Shown: positions 40,681 through 54,106, numbered from the stretch's first letter. The stretch is 64,000 nt of DNA from Octopus vulgaris (GCA_951406725.2 OX597831.1:34906001-34970000); one strand, 5' to 3'. The notes: generated by a model not told the origin, from the sequence alone. Numbers and translations: made by a program.

Positions 40681-41122
40681 GCTGCAGCCATCTAGTGGCT
40701 AGGACCCCATGTTGTAGCCATAGTGATAATAATCCAGTTTCAAATCCCGGTTACAGCAGCTCAACTCTATTTTAGTTGGGCAAATGGTCATGATTGATTG
40801 TCATGTAGTTAGATCACCAGATTGGGACCATAATAACCCAGATTTGAATCCTGGTTAGGACACTTCAACATTATTTTAGTTAGGTAAATGACTGTTATTG
40901 TCTGATGTAATATAGGTTCAAATCCTGATCATGGCACTTGAACAATATTTTAGTTAGGAGAATAGCCCTAATTGTCTTGTGATTTGAGTCCTTCGTTGTG
41001 ATTGAAGTAATCCTGGATTTAATTTTGATTACAGTACTTTGGGCAAATGGCCATAACCATTTAGTTTGTTTGGGCCCCTCATTGTGTCTGAAATAATCCC
41101 GGTTCATATTTTAGTCATGGTA
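40681..41122 (+). pseudogene. Tandem array of five decayed tRNA-His(GTG) copies
   Basis: Unit 1 gctgcagccatctagtggctaggaccccatgttgtagccatagt...aatccagtttcaaatcccggttacagca aligns to invertebrate tRNA-His as recalled (GCCGTGATCGTCTAGTGGTTAGGACCCCACGTTGTGGCCGTGGTAACCCAGGTTCGAATCCTGGTCACGGCA). Units at 40681-40758, 40787-40862, 40891-40936, 40965-41036 and 41050-41122 share a spacer tattttagtt(g/a)gg.aaat. Confidence 0.75.
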
Positions 41123-44100
41123 GCCCAATTTTATTTTCCATGTTCGGTTTTATCTTTCATCTTTCAGAGATTGATAAAGTATCAGTTTAGGGCAGTAGTG
41201 TCCATCAGGATCATCAGAATGTCGGGCCAAATCCCATGTGCCAATCCATTACTTACTTTGTTGGTGGATTTAATCCATCACCTGATTTATCACCACCGTG
41301 GGGTACAAAGGGTAAAGACCCCTTATAGATCATGAATGACCATGGGATTGCACCTAAAAAGTTACCCTCCAAGGCACAAGTTCAGGCAAGGTTGTTAATG
41401 TAAGACCAGCAGTCGCCCATGCATACCGGTCTCTCCTCTCCATGCCACCAATGTTATCCAAGAGAAAGGCAAAGGCCGATGCAGGTTGGACCAGTGATAT
41501 TGCCACTCATTTCTACAGCTGAGTGAAATGGAACAATGTGAAATAAAGTGTCTTGCTCAAGAATACAACACACAGCCCGATTCAGGAATCGAACTCACTA
41601 CCTTGTGGTTGTGAGCCAGGAGCTCTAACCACTGAGCCATGTGCCTTCGCTACCAAGAGGTACTTTTAAGGGTATCATTAACGGAATCCACTCTGCTGCA
41701 AGTATTTAGGTCAGGCCAAGGGTTTGAAGATACCTTCCTTCTAATTAAGAGATTTAAATAAAAAAAAAACTGTTTAACATTGCCAAATATAGATATAAAA
41801 TCTTGTACACAGCAGATCTCTTGGCAGTTAAGCCGGTAAATGAGCCTCTACTGAGTTACTCAGCTAGAAAAAGCAACCAAATCTCCTCTATTTTCAAGTC
41901 ACAGATTAAACTGACCATCTTAGATTGTCCACTTTACTATATACCCCATCCTCTGTGTGACTTGGGTATACAATCCTTCCTTCCCCACTCTCTGTCACAT
42001 CTTTGTCACCTTCCTCTCCTCTCTCTCTCTCTCAAAGCAAAACACCTTTCTCTATCCTTCAATACAATTCAATACTACTCTCCCGAGTTGAAGGGGTTCT
42101 TGTCATGCAAGTTACTCACTTCTGTTGGAGCCACATAAAAAGCACCCCACCCCCAGTATACTCTGTAGTGGTTGGCATTGGGAAGGGCATTCAGTTGTAG
42201 AAATCATGTCGAAACAGACAGCATAGCTTGGTGCAGGCTTCTGATTTGCCAATTCCTCTCAAAATGTCCTACCCATGCCAGCATAGAAAATGGCAGTTAA
42301 AGGATAATGATAACTTATGGATGGAGTCATGGTTGTGTGGCAAACAAGTTTTCTTTGAAACCATCTCGTTTTTGTTTCAATCCTGCTGTGTTGTGTTGCA
42401 AGTGACTTTTGCCTTAGTCTTGTGTAGACTATAATTCTGTGAGTGAAATTTAGTTGAACAATAACTATAGAAGCCGTTTATGTGCATGTGTGTCTATATT
42501 AAGGTGGGGGAGATTCCTAGTGGTATTTATTCCCTAGGGGAAGTAACTCCCTCAACACAAAGGTACATAACTTGAAAGTAAACTTTCAGCAATTTGGTGG
42601 AGAGCTCAGTGAAATACCTACAAGACTTAAGTACTGGAGTTTGGTGTAATTGTCTAAAACCCTTCAGGGCTGTGCTGTAACATGGCCACAGTTCAGTGAG
42701 TGAAACTAATAAAAGAGTATGATTTAGAAATTAGAAACAGCTACAAGAACCACAGAAGTCAACATGATGTTTGGTGTGCCATGCTGAGACCCCATTCGGT
42801 CACGACACAGACCATGGGATTGCACCTAAAAAGTTACCCTCTCGGGCACAAGTCCGGGCAAGGTTGTTTATGAAAGACCAGCAGTCACCCATGCATACCA
42901 GCTTCCCCTCTCCACGCCACCAGTGTTATCCAAGGGAAAGGCAAAGACCGATACAGCTTAGCACCTGTGACATCGCAACTCGTTTCTATAGGTGAGTGAA
43001 CTCGAGCAACGTGAAATAAAGTGTCTTGCTCAAGAACACAACACGCAGTCCGGTACGAGATTCAAACTCACAACCTCACAATCGTAAGCTCGGCGTTCTA
43101 ACCACTGAGCCATGCGCCTTCGTGGGTTTGCCATATACATCAACGAATTGCTAGATTTTGATCTTGGAATCCTGTAATCGAATCATATGATCAACAATTA
43201 GGTGAACATAATGCTGTTGTATTTCTGAATTTACAACTAGCTTAGGCTGATGCAGGTTGTGGTGCAAAAAGTGTTGGCTCGGTGGTTCTTAAAATGACAA
43301 ATTGTAGCCCCATCTAAATGTTATCTGTGGCCATGCTGGGACACCACCTAGAAGGGTTTTAGGCTAACAGATTGGCACCAGTACTTTTATTTTATTTTTC
43401 GTTTTAAGTTTGGTACTTTTTCCATCATTCTCTTTTTCCAAAGTGCTAAGTTACAGGGATGTAAACAAATCACTGGTTATCAAGCAGTTGTTGGTCAGGC
43501 ACACACATACACATATATGCATGCATGCATGTATGTATATATGATGGACTCTCCTGTTGAAGACGATGTATGAGTGTTCAGATTTTGCCAAATGACCTGC
43601 ACAAATGATTTGTTTCTAGTGATCAAATGTATGTGCCGTACATTAGCCTCACTCCCTCCATCAAATCGATGTTGTCTGAATGATGTACCGCATGCCAGGT
43701 GTTGATGTGATCACATAGCAACACTGGATAAAGTGTTTTGCTCAAGAACTCGACGTACCACCCAGTCTAGGAATTGAAACCATGATCTCACGACTGTGTG
43801 TGCAGCACTCTAACCACTAGTCCATCTATCCTTTCTCTCTCTCTCACACACACATACACGATCGGCTCCCACACAGTTGCCTTTGGTATTGCACAATGGT
43901 ATTGAACCTGAAACCACATGGTTGCAAAGCAAGCTTCTTAGCTACACAACTATTCCTGCTCCTATTAGTCAAAATTTTTCTGACCAACCCCACCCCTTTA
44001 TCAATGAAGACACAACAGAGAACTTGCATCCATGTGATTCTTCGTAATTCACCATGCTGTCGGACAAATTTACAAAATTTAATACCATCTCGGTTTTATT

Positions 44101-44315
44101 AAACATAACCAGTTTTCTGTCCCCTTTTTTCAGTCCTTCAGCTGCCACCCATTCTACTGTCAAAAACACTCAACTAGGTGCCAAACCATTTCCCACCCAA
44201 ATCACTGACCCCTTCATCAAACAGCACACCAGCACATACAGCTTTCCTCACAATCAATGAAGGAAACTCTTATCTCTTTCCTGCTCACTTTCCTTTTGCT
44301 TTTTAACCATTTTAG

Positions 44316-44412
44316 GAAGAAATGAAAGAACTTGATGAAATCCTCATGAAACGAAACAAAATCAAACGACCTCCTGAAGAGAAAGTTGGCGACGAGAAAA
44401 CTACATTACATA
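44316..44412 (+). CDS. CDC40: CDC40/PRP17 internal exon D (97 nt, phase 0 to 1)
   Basis: Polypyrimidine tract plus tttAG, donor A|GTAAGT. Encodes EEMKELDEILMKRNKIKRPPEEKVGDEKTTLH, matching EEQKELDEI...EEKPGEEKTILH. Confidence 0.95.
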
Positions 44413-44522
44413 GTAAGTAGTTCTGTTATTTGGGTGACTTGTATCAATGAGGCTTATTCATTGTCTTTCTCCATTTCTTGTCAGATATCCATAGAACTAT
44501 TGGGGTAGAACTATTGTTGCAG

Positions 44523-44588
44523 TTGTTATAAATAACTCTAGTCAGCTGATCGCTTAAGCAGTCAGCTGACTAGAGCTATTTTTAACAA
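44523..44588. other. 66-bp near-perfect palindrome / hairpin
   Basis: ttgttataaataactctagtcagctgatcgctt|aagcagtcagctgactagagctatttttaacaa. Of 33 positions, 29 are Watson-Crick and one is G-U. Confidence 0.9.
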
Positions 44589-47500
44589 TTGATACTAAGA
44601 AGTAGATTAAATGTTACTCTTGCAATGGCTGTCTCGTATTTTGGCAAATCTTGTGAACTGTGATTTTTTTTTTGTCCTTTTTTTTCCTTGAAGCATATTT
44701 CACAGTGAGCATTCTGTCACTTCTATGACAGCATATTTCATTTCGTTTCAACCCAACCTACATCGTGATATCTGCTTCATTTTACTTGGGCAACAGAAAT
44801 TTATTTTGATTTATATCCAATCTACAGACAATTATTAATTTCACTCACCAACTGATTGTCAAATACAAAACCTGCATCTGGTTGAATTATAACTGGGTGC
44901 ACGCTTCCACTCCCCTGATTTATCTAACCTGATATAGTGGAACTACGTATACTTGTGTAATTCAAACCCTCTGTTTTAAGTTACCTATAAGGTAGATCTT
45001 TTGTATCCTTTTTATTTACCTGGGAGCATCAAGGTTGACATTCAGCAATTTGCTATACATTTCCTTTATAGACATTATCATACAATGATCTTTATCTGTT
45101 ATTTTAGACTTTTGATTGCCACAGATCTGGCTGTGTGGTAAGAAATTTACTTCCTAGCCACATAGTTTTAGCTTCATTCACACTGCATGCCACCTTGGGC
45201 AGGTGTCTTCTAATATAGCCGCAGGTCAATCAGAGCCTTGTGGAAGAAACTCATAGAAGCTCATCGTGCGCATGTGTGTCTGGGGTGGGGTCAAAAGTAG
45301 AGTGCTGGTATAAATTTATTCAATTAAACCTTGAGAGGTTTAGTTGAACAGCAGCTCCAGTCTGGCCACTGTTGTCCAATTCTTGAAACAAGTAAAAGAT
45401 GAAAGATTTGCTTTTTTTGCTTGTACTCACCAAGTTTATTTTCATATTTTTCTGTAGAACATAACACTTGTAATACTTACTGCCAAGAGCTTCACTTCTG
45501 TAAGATATCACCGCAGAAGCTCAACCTTATTCAAGCAATTATCGACTTACTTCGTTGTCACTTAAATTTCATGCATCATTAGGAGAATTACCAAGACTAA
45601 TTGAGAGGCTCCTCCTTCAGCTGATCCTCAGTTTTGACAATTCCTCTTTATTATTTTATCAACTGGATTTCTACAAACAGCACTTGTTGCATCTTAGATA
45701 ATCCTTCAAACCACATATATTTTTATTAGTCTTTTTTTTATATATAAGGCCATCAGTTAGTGCTTCACCAGAACCACCAAAAGACAGGCACATGTGTGGA
45801 TGTGTGGTAAGAAGCTTGCTTCCCAATCACATGGTTCCAGGTTCAGTCCCACAGTGTAGCATCTTGAGCAAGTGTCTTCTACTATAGCCTCAGTCCGACG
45901 AATACCTTGTGAGTGGATTTGATAGACGGAAACTGAAAGAAGCCTGTCATATATATATGTGTGTGTCTGTATCTGTCCCCCCAACCATTGCTTGACAAAT
46001 AATGTTGGTGTATTTACGTCCCTGTAACTTGGCAGTTCAGCAAAAGAGACCGACAGAATAAGTACTAGGCTTAGAAAGAATAAGTCCTGGGGTCAATTTC
46101 TTAGACTAGTAACCCTTTAAGATGGTGCTCCAGCATGGCCACAGTCAAATGACTGAAACAAGTAAAAGAAAAAAGAATAATGCTTGTATCGCTGTATTGT
46201 GTATTTGTTTCTTTTTGCATCTGATTTTTATTGATCTTCTCTAATAATGAAGCTATATCCCTTAATTTGCTGCTTTTCTATACACATACCGAGAAGAAAA
46301 CTTGCAGAACAGGCATTATTTTAATGAGATTCATATTTCCCTTTGAGTGTTCGGCCTCACGGAGGCGAGGTGGCTGAGTTCCTTTCAAGCATTGGGCCTC
46401 ATGGAGGCAATGACCAATATCTTTGGCATTATGTCATGCTTGAGAAGACCCATCAAGCCAAGCAAAATCACAGCCGTAGCAGGTACTGGTGTCACGCAAA
46501 TGGCTCCCATGCTGTGGAACGTAGAAGCACCCATTACACTCTAGGAGTGGTTGGCATTAGATAGGGCATGCAGCAATTAGAAAACCATGCCAAATGAGAC
46601 TGGATCCTGGCACAGCCTTCCAGTGTGCCAACCCAGTCAAACTGTTCAACCCATGCCAGCATGGACAATGGACATTAAATGATGATGATGGTGGTGGTGG
46701 TGATAGACCTAGACACTCTGCTAAGACCCCATAATAGTTGCACATCAGTTTTATCAGGCATATTTGGCATTATATATATGAGTCTTCTGCTGTTCATAAC
46801 CTACGTAATACCATATATATCAATCTATATTTCTAAATGGTTGACTACAAATATTTGTCTATGACAACATTGTGCTACTTGGACAAGAGTCAATCATAAT
46901 CTACTTTTTTTTTATTCAAACATTCTAGTCATAATTTTCATTGATTACTGATAACTGAAACTTGTTGGAAACTCAGACAGCAGACATTTCATAACATCAG
47001 TCAGAGTATCGTACATTTGTGACAATGCAATACTGCCATTTCCAAAAGCTTTAAATGTATCAAAAGTATAGTATAGATAGAGATTGTGATTCTCCTATCC
47101 TCTGTATGAGGGCATTTTTCTTGAAGTGCCGAGTACTTATAAAGTTATAATCTTTGGTGATGGCCAGTGAGTGAACATAACTTTAGGCATCTTCCTCTTC
47201 TGTTTTATTAATTTTTTTATAGCAGTTTTTTTTATTGCATCATGAAATTTAATGGCCAAATAATCATGCGCAACTAGTAGGGTAGTTTTGGACACCCTGT
47301 GGGATAAAGAAAAAAACAAGACCTGTTCAAAGGGTAAATGAAGAGTCAATAGCGATTCAATTAAAACCACCAGGGGTGAAGGACCCATAAATGTTGTTGC
47401 AGCATACTTCTTGGAAAGGGACACTCTAATGTAATAACTGCTGTTTCACACGATTACTAGTTATCTCACTTTGGTTTGTCACAATGTACGAATCACATAG

Positions 47501-47691
47501 ACTCAGATAGTGGCACTTATGTTATATAAACATTTATCGCTATAATCTGACAATGTACTGATGTCTCTTTATGGTGACCTCATTTGTCATCCCATCTACT
47601 GAAAATCTTATGATAGTGGATGAGTGGCAACTTAAGTAGACTTAACCAGCTGGATCTACACAGTTATGCAGATCTGCTGTGGGACCAAATA

Positions 47692-48177
47692 CAGTAACTA
47701 CTCGCCATATCACGGTTCACCTATCATACCCTCAGTACATCACAGATTTTCCTGTCTAATATAAGTAAGTTTATATCATGGACTCCTCAATATATTGTGG
47801 GTTTCTGTGGCCAATAAGTATTTATATTTTTTTAGATTTAAATTATTTCTGTGGTAAAATAAGCATTTTCACGTCTAAAAATTAATGAATTAATTAATAG
47901 AAATGCAATACAGTACTGCACTGTATAACAAATTAATTAAAATTTATTAAAAGAAAATACGTAGTGTACTGCAGATGAGTAGACAAAGAATCGCACATAC
48001 TGTATGGAAAACGAAACTCAGGAAGTGAGTGTGTGGTGTTGTTTTGCATTTATGATAAAATGAATATATACATATTATAAAAATGATTTTAAAAAATATA
48101 CAGTACTGTTTCTACTTAACGGATTTTCATCTATGGTGGGGTGGAATGTAACGCCCGCGGTAGTTGAGGGATTACTG
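47692..48177. mobile_element. Tigger/pogo-like (Tc1/mariner) MITE
   Basis: TA-cagtaactactcgccatatcacgg ... ccgcggtagttgagggattactg form degenerate TIRs around an AT-rich interior. Confidence 0.6.
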
Positions 48178-48413
48178 AAGTCAACAGACTAATGCAAGCA
48201 GAGTAATTGTGTTTGGTTTTGCAGATTTTAAACTTGTCACCTTGAAAGTGGTAGCCCTGCATTTTCAAAGTTTAGTTCCTGATATTGAAATAGAAATAGC
48301 CAGGTCTTGTGTGTGTGTTTGTATTCATGTATCCAATAAATACTTGTTAAAATGTTCTAAATTATGCGTCTAATTAGTCCTTGTAAAAACTTCTCTTCAT
48401 TTCTGATTTGCAG

Positions 48414-48628
48414 TCAAAGATGCCACAGACTACCAAGGCCGTTCCTTCTTACACCCTCCACATGATGTTGGCGTTAACCTCAAATCTGATGATCCACCAG
48501 AGAAGTGTTTCATTCCCAAAAAACTTATTCACACATGGACAGGCCACAACAAAGGGATTTCTGCTATCCGCTGGTTCCCTAGATATGCTCATCTTATGTT
48601 GTCTTGCAGCATGGACTCTAAGATCAAA
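48414..48628 (+). CDS. CDC40: CDC40/PRP17 internal exon E (215 nt, phase 1 to 0), start of the WD40 propeller
   Basis: Acceptor tttgcAG, donor AAA|GTAAGT. Encodes (I)KDATDYQGRSFLHPPHDVGVNLKSDDPPEKCFIPKKLIHTWTGHNKGISAIRWFPRYAHLMLSCSMDSKIK, with the DYQGRS motif and most of WD40 repeat 1 (GH...SCSMD.KIK). Confidence 0.97.
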
Positions 48629-48831
48629 GTAAGTAATAACTGCTCTTTCTCTTGCAATGGTCGAAACTCCCATGAAAATTATGCTTTTAAATATATATAT
48701 AAATATGATTCCAGCTTCAGTCCCACTGTTTGACACCTTGGGCAAGTGTCTTCTATAGCCTCGGGCCGACCAAAGCCTTGTGAGTGTATTTGGTAGATGC
48801 AAACTGAAAGTAGCCCATTGTATATATGTAC

Positions 48832-48867
<36 letters not shown>

Positions 48868-51800
48868 TGTGTATCTGTGTTTGTCCTCCCAACATCGCTT
48901 GACAACTGATGCTGGTGTGTTTAGGTTCCCATAACTTAGCGGCTCAGCAAAAGAGACCGATAGAATAAGTACTAGGCTTCCAAAGAATAAGTCCTGGAGT
49001 CGATTTGATTCGACTAAAGGTGGTGCTCCAGCATGGCTGCAGTCAAATGACTGAAACAAGTAAAAGAATAAAGAAAGAAAAGAAAGAATATATATAAATA
49101 TATCCCTCTCTCTCTCTTTCGGAGAGGCACAAGCACCTACACGCACATATACACACACGGCAGTAACATCCGCCTGCCAAATTCAATCACAAAGCTTCGG
49201 TCGGCTTGGGGCTATAGTGGAAGACACCTACCCAAAGTGCCACACAGTGGGACTGAACCCGAAACCATGTAGCTAGGAAGCAAGCTCCCTAGCCTCACAG
49301 CCATGCCCGCGCCTACATATATATATATATATATATATAAAGATGCAGGCATGTGAATGCTTTTGGAGTTTGTTTCCCAGCTGTGTGATTTGAGGTTCAG
49401 TCCCACTACATGGCACTTTTGAGCTAGTGTCTTCTTCAACAGCTACAGGTTAACTAAAGACTTGTGAGGGGATTTGGTAGATAGAAATGGTAAAAAGCCA
49501 TTGTGTTACTGCCATAATATAATGCATCCAGCACACTCGACAGACAGAGCAATATAGTGTAGGGTTTTTAGTGTTGCTGAATACAAGACAACCTCATTCA
49601 TGCTGGTGCCATGATAATATGCATCTGTTGGACTCCTTTTAGTGGTTGATGTTAGCAAGCGCATCCAGCTGCAAAAACCATGTCAAAAGGAGACATGCAA
49701 GTAAGACAATGCTCTTAATTTGTCTCGGTGGCCACTATATCCAAGGGATTCAGATTATGAAGAACGAGCATGGAAAACAAACATAACTCAATGATGATAT
49801 AGGAAAACACACACACACACACACAAATGCATGCGTGCATCCATCTTCACTTAACCCTTTTCCTTTCCAAAACATTTTCATAAGTCTGTTCAAGATATCT
49901 ATACCTGTTTACAGACTTTTAGTTGGCCCTCATTTCATACATTCTGCAATATAATGCTTTCCTTACATACGTCCCAAGTTAGGCCTGGTGGTTGAAAGAA
50001 ATTGAGAATGTGTATGATATATGATGCATGGATGCCAGGGAAACATGTCTCAGGTACCACATGTGATACACAAGACAGAATAGGGTTTAAATTATGTATA
50101 TGTATATATTTCTTATTTCTTTATTGCCCACAAGGGGCTAAACATAGAGGGGACAAACAAGGACAGACAAAGGAATTAAGCCGATTACATCGACCCCAGT
50201 GCGTAACTGGTATTTAATTTATCAACCCCGAAAGGATGAAAGGCAAAGTTGACCTCGGCAGAATTTGACGTAACGGCAGACAAAATACCGCTAAGCATTT
50301 CGCCTAGCGTGCTAACATTTCTGCCAGCTCGCTGCCTTGTATATGTGTATATATATTTCTGCCCCACTACCTATGTTGGTGTGTGTTATCACCATTTTTA
50401 TCACCATCATTTAGTGTCTGCTTTCCATGCTGGCATGGGTTAGATGGTTTGACTGAATCTGGCACGCTGGAGAGCTGCACCACATTCCAGTCTGATTTGG
50501 CATGGTTTCTACGGCTGGATGCCCTTCTTAATGCCAACCACTCCAAGAGTATAATGGGTGCTTTTTACATGTCACCAGCATAGGTGTCATTTGCGTGACA
50601 CTGGCATCGGCTACAACTACAATTTCTTTTGGCTTCATGAATCTTTTCAAGTACGGCATATTTCCAATAGTCTCAGTCACTTGTCATCAGCTCTGTGTGG
50701 CCCAACATTCGAAGGGTGCTTTTTACATGTCACTGGCACAGGTGCCAGTTATGTGACATCAGCATCAGACATAACTACGATTTCACTTTGCTTGACGAAT
50801 CTTCTCAATCATGGCATATTGCCAACAGTCTCAGTCACTTGTCATCGGCTCTGTGTGGCCCAAAATTCGAAGGGTTCTTTTTATGTGCCACCAGCACAAG
50901 TGCCAGTCATGTGACACCTGCATCACATATATTTTTCTGTGTATCTATGTGCATAGTTGTCAGTGGGAATGACATGAAGATCTCAAAGTCCATTATTCTT
51001 TTCTTTCCATATTGGAAAATAACTTGATTAATTACCTGTTAATAGATACCACTGATTACCAGCAGTCATTTGATAGTTTGTGTAATTTATTTCCCACATG
51101 CCATCCTTATTATATTGGTGCTTATATATGTAACTGAATTGCTACCTGCTGTTCCTCTCTCCACCCGTCACTCCCTCTGTAAGTACCTCATGCCTTACAC
51201 TACTCTTCCATCAACCACCTGTGTAAAGGAATGGAATGGAATAGAATATGTAAAAGGGAAACAGAAAGAGAGACACACAGACAGACAGATAATATTTTTC
51301 TGGCAGATGAGAATATTTATTGTGTGGTTTACTTGCTCTATCACTGCCTAACTATATAGCTTCCACCATCACCTCCACCACCACCACTGCACCCACCATA
51401 ATGTGACACCAATGTACATTGTCTAGTTTCAGTGGCAGCTTCTATAGGATCACTCAGTCTGCTAGAAATAACAGCCACATATTCTATACTTTACCATTTT
51501 AAATAACAGATATATAAAGGATATATTGAGCAACAAAGTGTTCCTGATATGCAAAAAGATGGGATGGTCACAACTCTTTCATCATGAGTCTGTTCAACTA
51601 GAGATGATTTGGAGTTAAGTTTACTTTGAATCAGTGCAGGCCAGCACCTGCATAGACACTTGACCTCTTAAAATAGCAGCAAAATTTTTCTCAGATCACA
51701 GCTGTTTCAAATTAGGAAAAGACACTAGGATAACCACACACACACACACACACACATGTACCTTATATCCTCCTATCCCATCTCGCTACATGTATTGTTT

Positions 51801-52451
51801 CTGTATACAATCTCCTCACCAACAACCAACATGTAACTGCATATCATTGTTTCTCTTCTATTACTCCTTCCTCAGTCATCCTCACATTTGTATTACTTTT
51901 TCTCCCATCATACTCTCTCCCTCCCTCCCTCCCTCTCTGTTACCCTCTTCTTGTGGATCTCCTTTCCTTTCTCTCTCTCATTTCCTCATTCTGACATGAT
52001 TAAATGGAAACAACAGGCCATTTGACTGCGGCCATGCTGGAGCACCACCTTTAGTCAAACAAATCGACCCCAGGACTTATTCTTTCTAAGCCTAGTACTT
52101 ATTCTATCAGTAACTGTGCAAAAGAAGAAAAGACAACAAAATTTACCCTTTTACTATTCTTGGTAAATGTTTTGTCGCGGGGCAGTGTGTAAAATAATAA
52201 ACAACACACATGAATAATTAACAGTAGCTTTATTTACTGCTCATAGTGTTTTCTATATTTGTCATTGGATGAAGAATAAAAGCAGCAATTTATACAGACT
52301 GGAAGAGAAGAATTCTGGGGTCTGTGACTGGGCCATCACAACTGGGGAAAAAATCTTGCTAAATTCATGACAGCAAATCTGTACCTTCAATCTGCACGGC
52401 TGCTGAATGGAAAAATGAGAATGGAGTTGTCATCACAACTGCTTCAACATT

Positions 52452-52560
52452 CTGAACTGACTGCCAAAACACTCACCTTTTATAAATACTCATTAGAACA
52501 TTCTAGAAAGTTGAATCACATGGAGGCTTGACACTGATTGGTCTGTTAATTGGCCAATCA
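52452..52560 (-). promoter_or_regulatory. Candidate Pol II promoter: 3x CCAAT, heat-shock element, TATA, Inr-like
   Basis: ATTGG at 52537-41 and 52549-53, CCAAT at 52554-58. Perfect HSE aGAAcaTTCtaGAAa at 52495-52509. Minus-strand TATAAAAG at 52484-52477, with TCAGTT/TCAG 26-31 nt downstream. Confidence 0.45.
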
Positions 52561-53467
52561 TGTGAAACGATAGTGATCTCAGCATGGTATCTGTGTGGCT
52601 GTCCAACAGTTCAGTTTTGAATCTACTACACTTTCAACAGAAATTGCACAATGTGCACCAGTTCAAACCATAATGGTAACTGGAGTGGAGGGGGGGGGGG
52701 GCAGTAAAGCATTAGCTACATGAAGACACCATTACCACCCTAACAACTGTGTAAAACAGTGGTCCTCAGCTATTTTTAGCCTATGGACCCCTTTGATTCC
52801 TATTTTACTGGGGGTGGACCCCCATCGTCATTTGATGATTAATCCTTTAACATTTAAACTGTCCATATCCAGCCCAAATATTCTACCCATTTTATATTCA
52901 AACTAGCCAGATCCAGCCTCTCACACCTATCTTACAATGTGGTCCTAAAAATATACAATCACATCATCAAAATCTCAAAGTTACAGAAAAATGCATCATT
53001 AATTAAAAGCAGTTTGATTAAATAAGCATTACATTTGATAAAGTATTCTGAATACCAAAGGGTCAAAAGAAATCCTATAATATTTTTTAATTAAATATTA
53101 TAAGGAATTCATCATTTAACATCATTTCCATGCTGGCATGGGTTACATTATTTGGCTGGGGACTGGCAAGCCAAGAGGCTGCACCAGGCTCAATCTGATC
53201 TAGCAATGTTTCTATAGCTGGAAGTCCTTCTTAATGCCAACCACTCTGAGAATGTAGTGGGTGCTTTTTACGTGCCACTGGCACGGGAGCCAATCAGGCA
53301 GCACTGGCATCAGTTAAAGAAATTTTAATATTTTGTGTTTTACTCTCTCTTCACTCTCTTGCTTGTTCCAGTCATTTTGGCTGTGGCCATGCTGGAGCAC
53401 CACCTTTAGTTGAGCAAATTGACCCCCAGGACTTACCCTATCCATCTCTTTAGCTGAACCGCTAAGT

Positions 53468-53521
<54 letters not shown>

Positions 53522-53601
53522 GGTCCCGGTTTGATTCGGGGTTAACCACAGTAAATAAGGTATGTTACCTATTATACAGACAGATACATACATATAAACT
53601 T

Positions 53602-53664
<63 letters not shown>

Positions 53665-53907
53665 CATATACACATATATATGTACACATACTTACACATA
53701 TGTACATATACATGCACACATACATAACTCTACGTACCTACATATACCTAAACACACGAGCGTACACGTATATGTACATATACACATACACATACCCACG
53801 CATATATACATACATACACATACCTTATTTATATATGTGTATATATATATATATGTGAATATGTGTGTGTATGTGTACATATGTGTATGTGTGTATAGAT
53901 ATGTGTG

Positions 53908-53942
<35 letters not shown>

Positions 53943-53947
53943 GTATG

Positions 53948-53986
<39 letters not shown>

Positions 53987-54055
53987 AAGTGTGTGTATAT
54001 ATGTATATGTAAGTGTGTGAGTGTGTATGAGTATGTATGTATGTTTGCACACATG

Positions 54056-54106
<51 letters not shown>

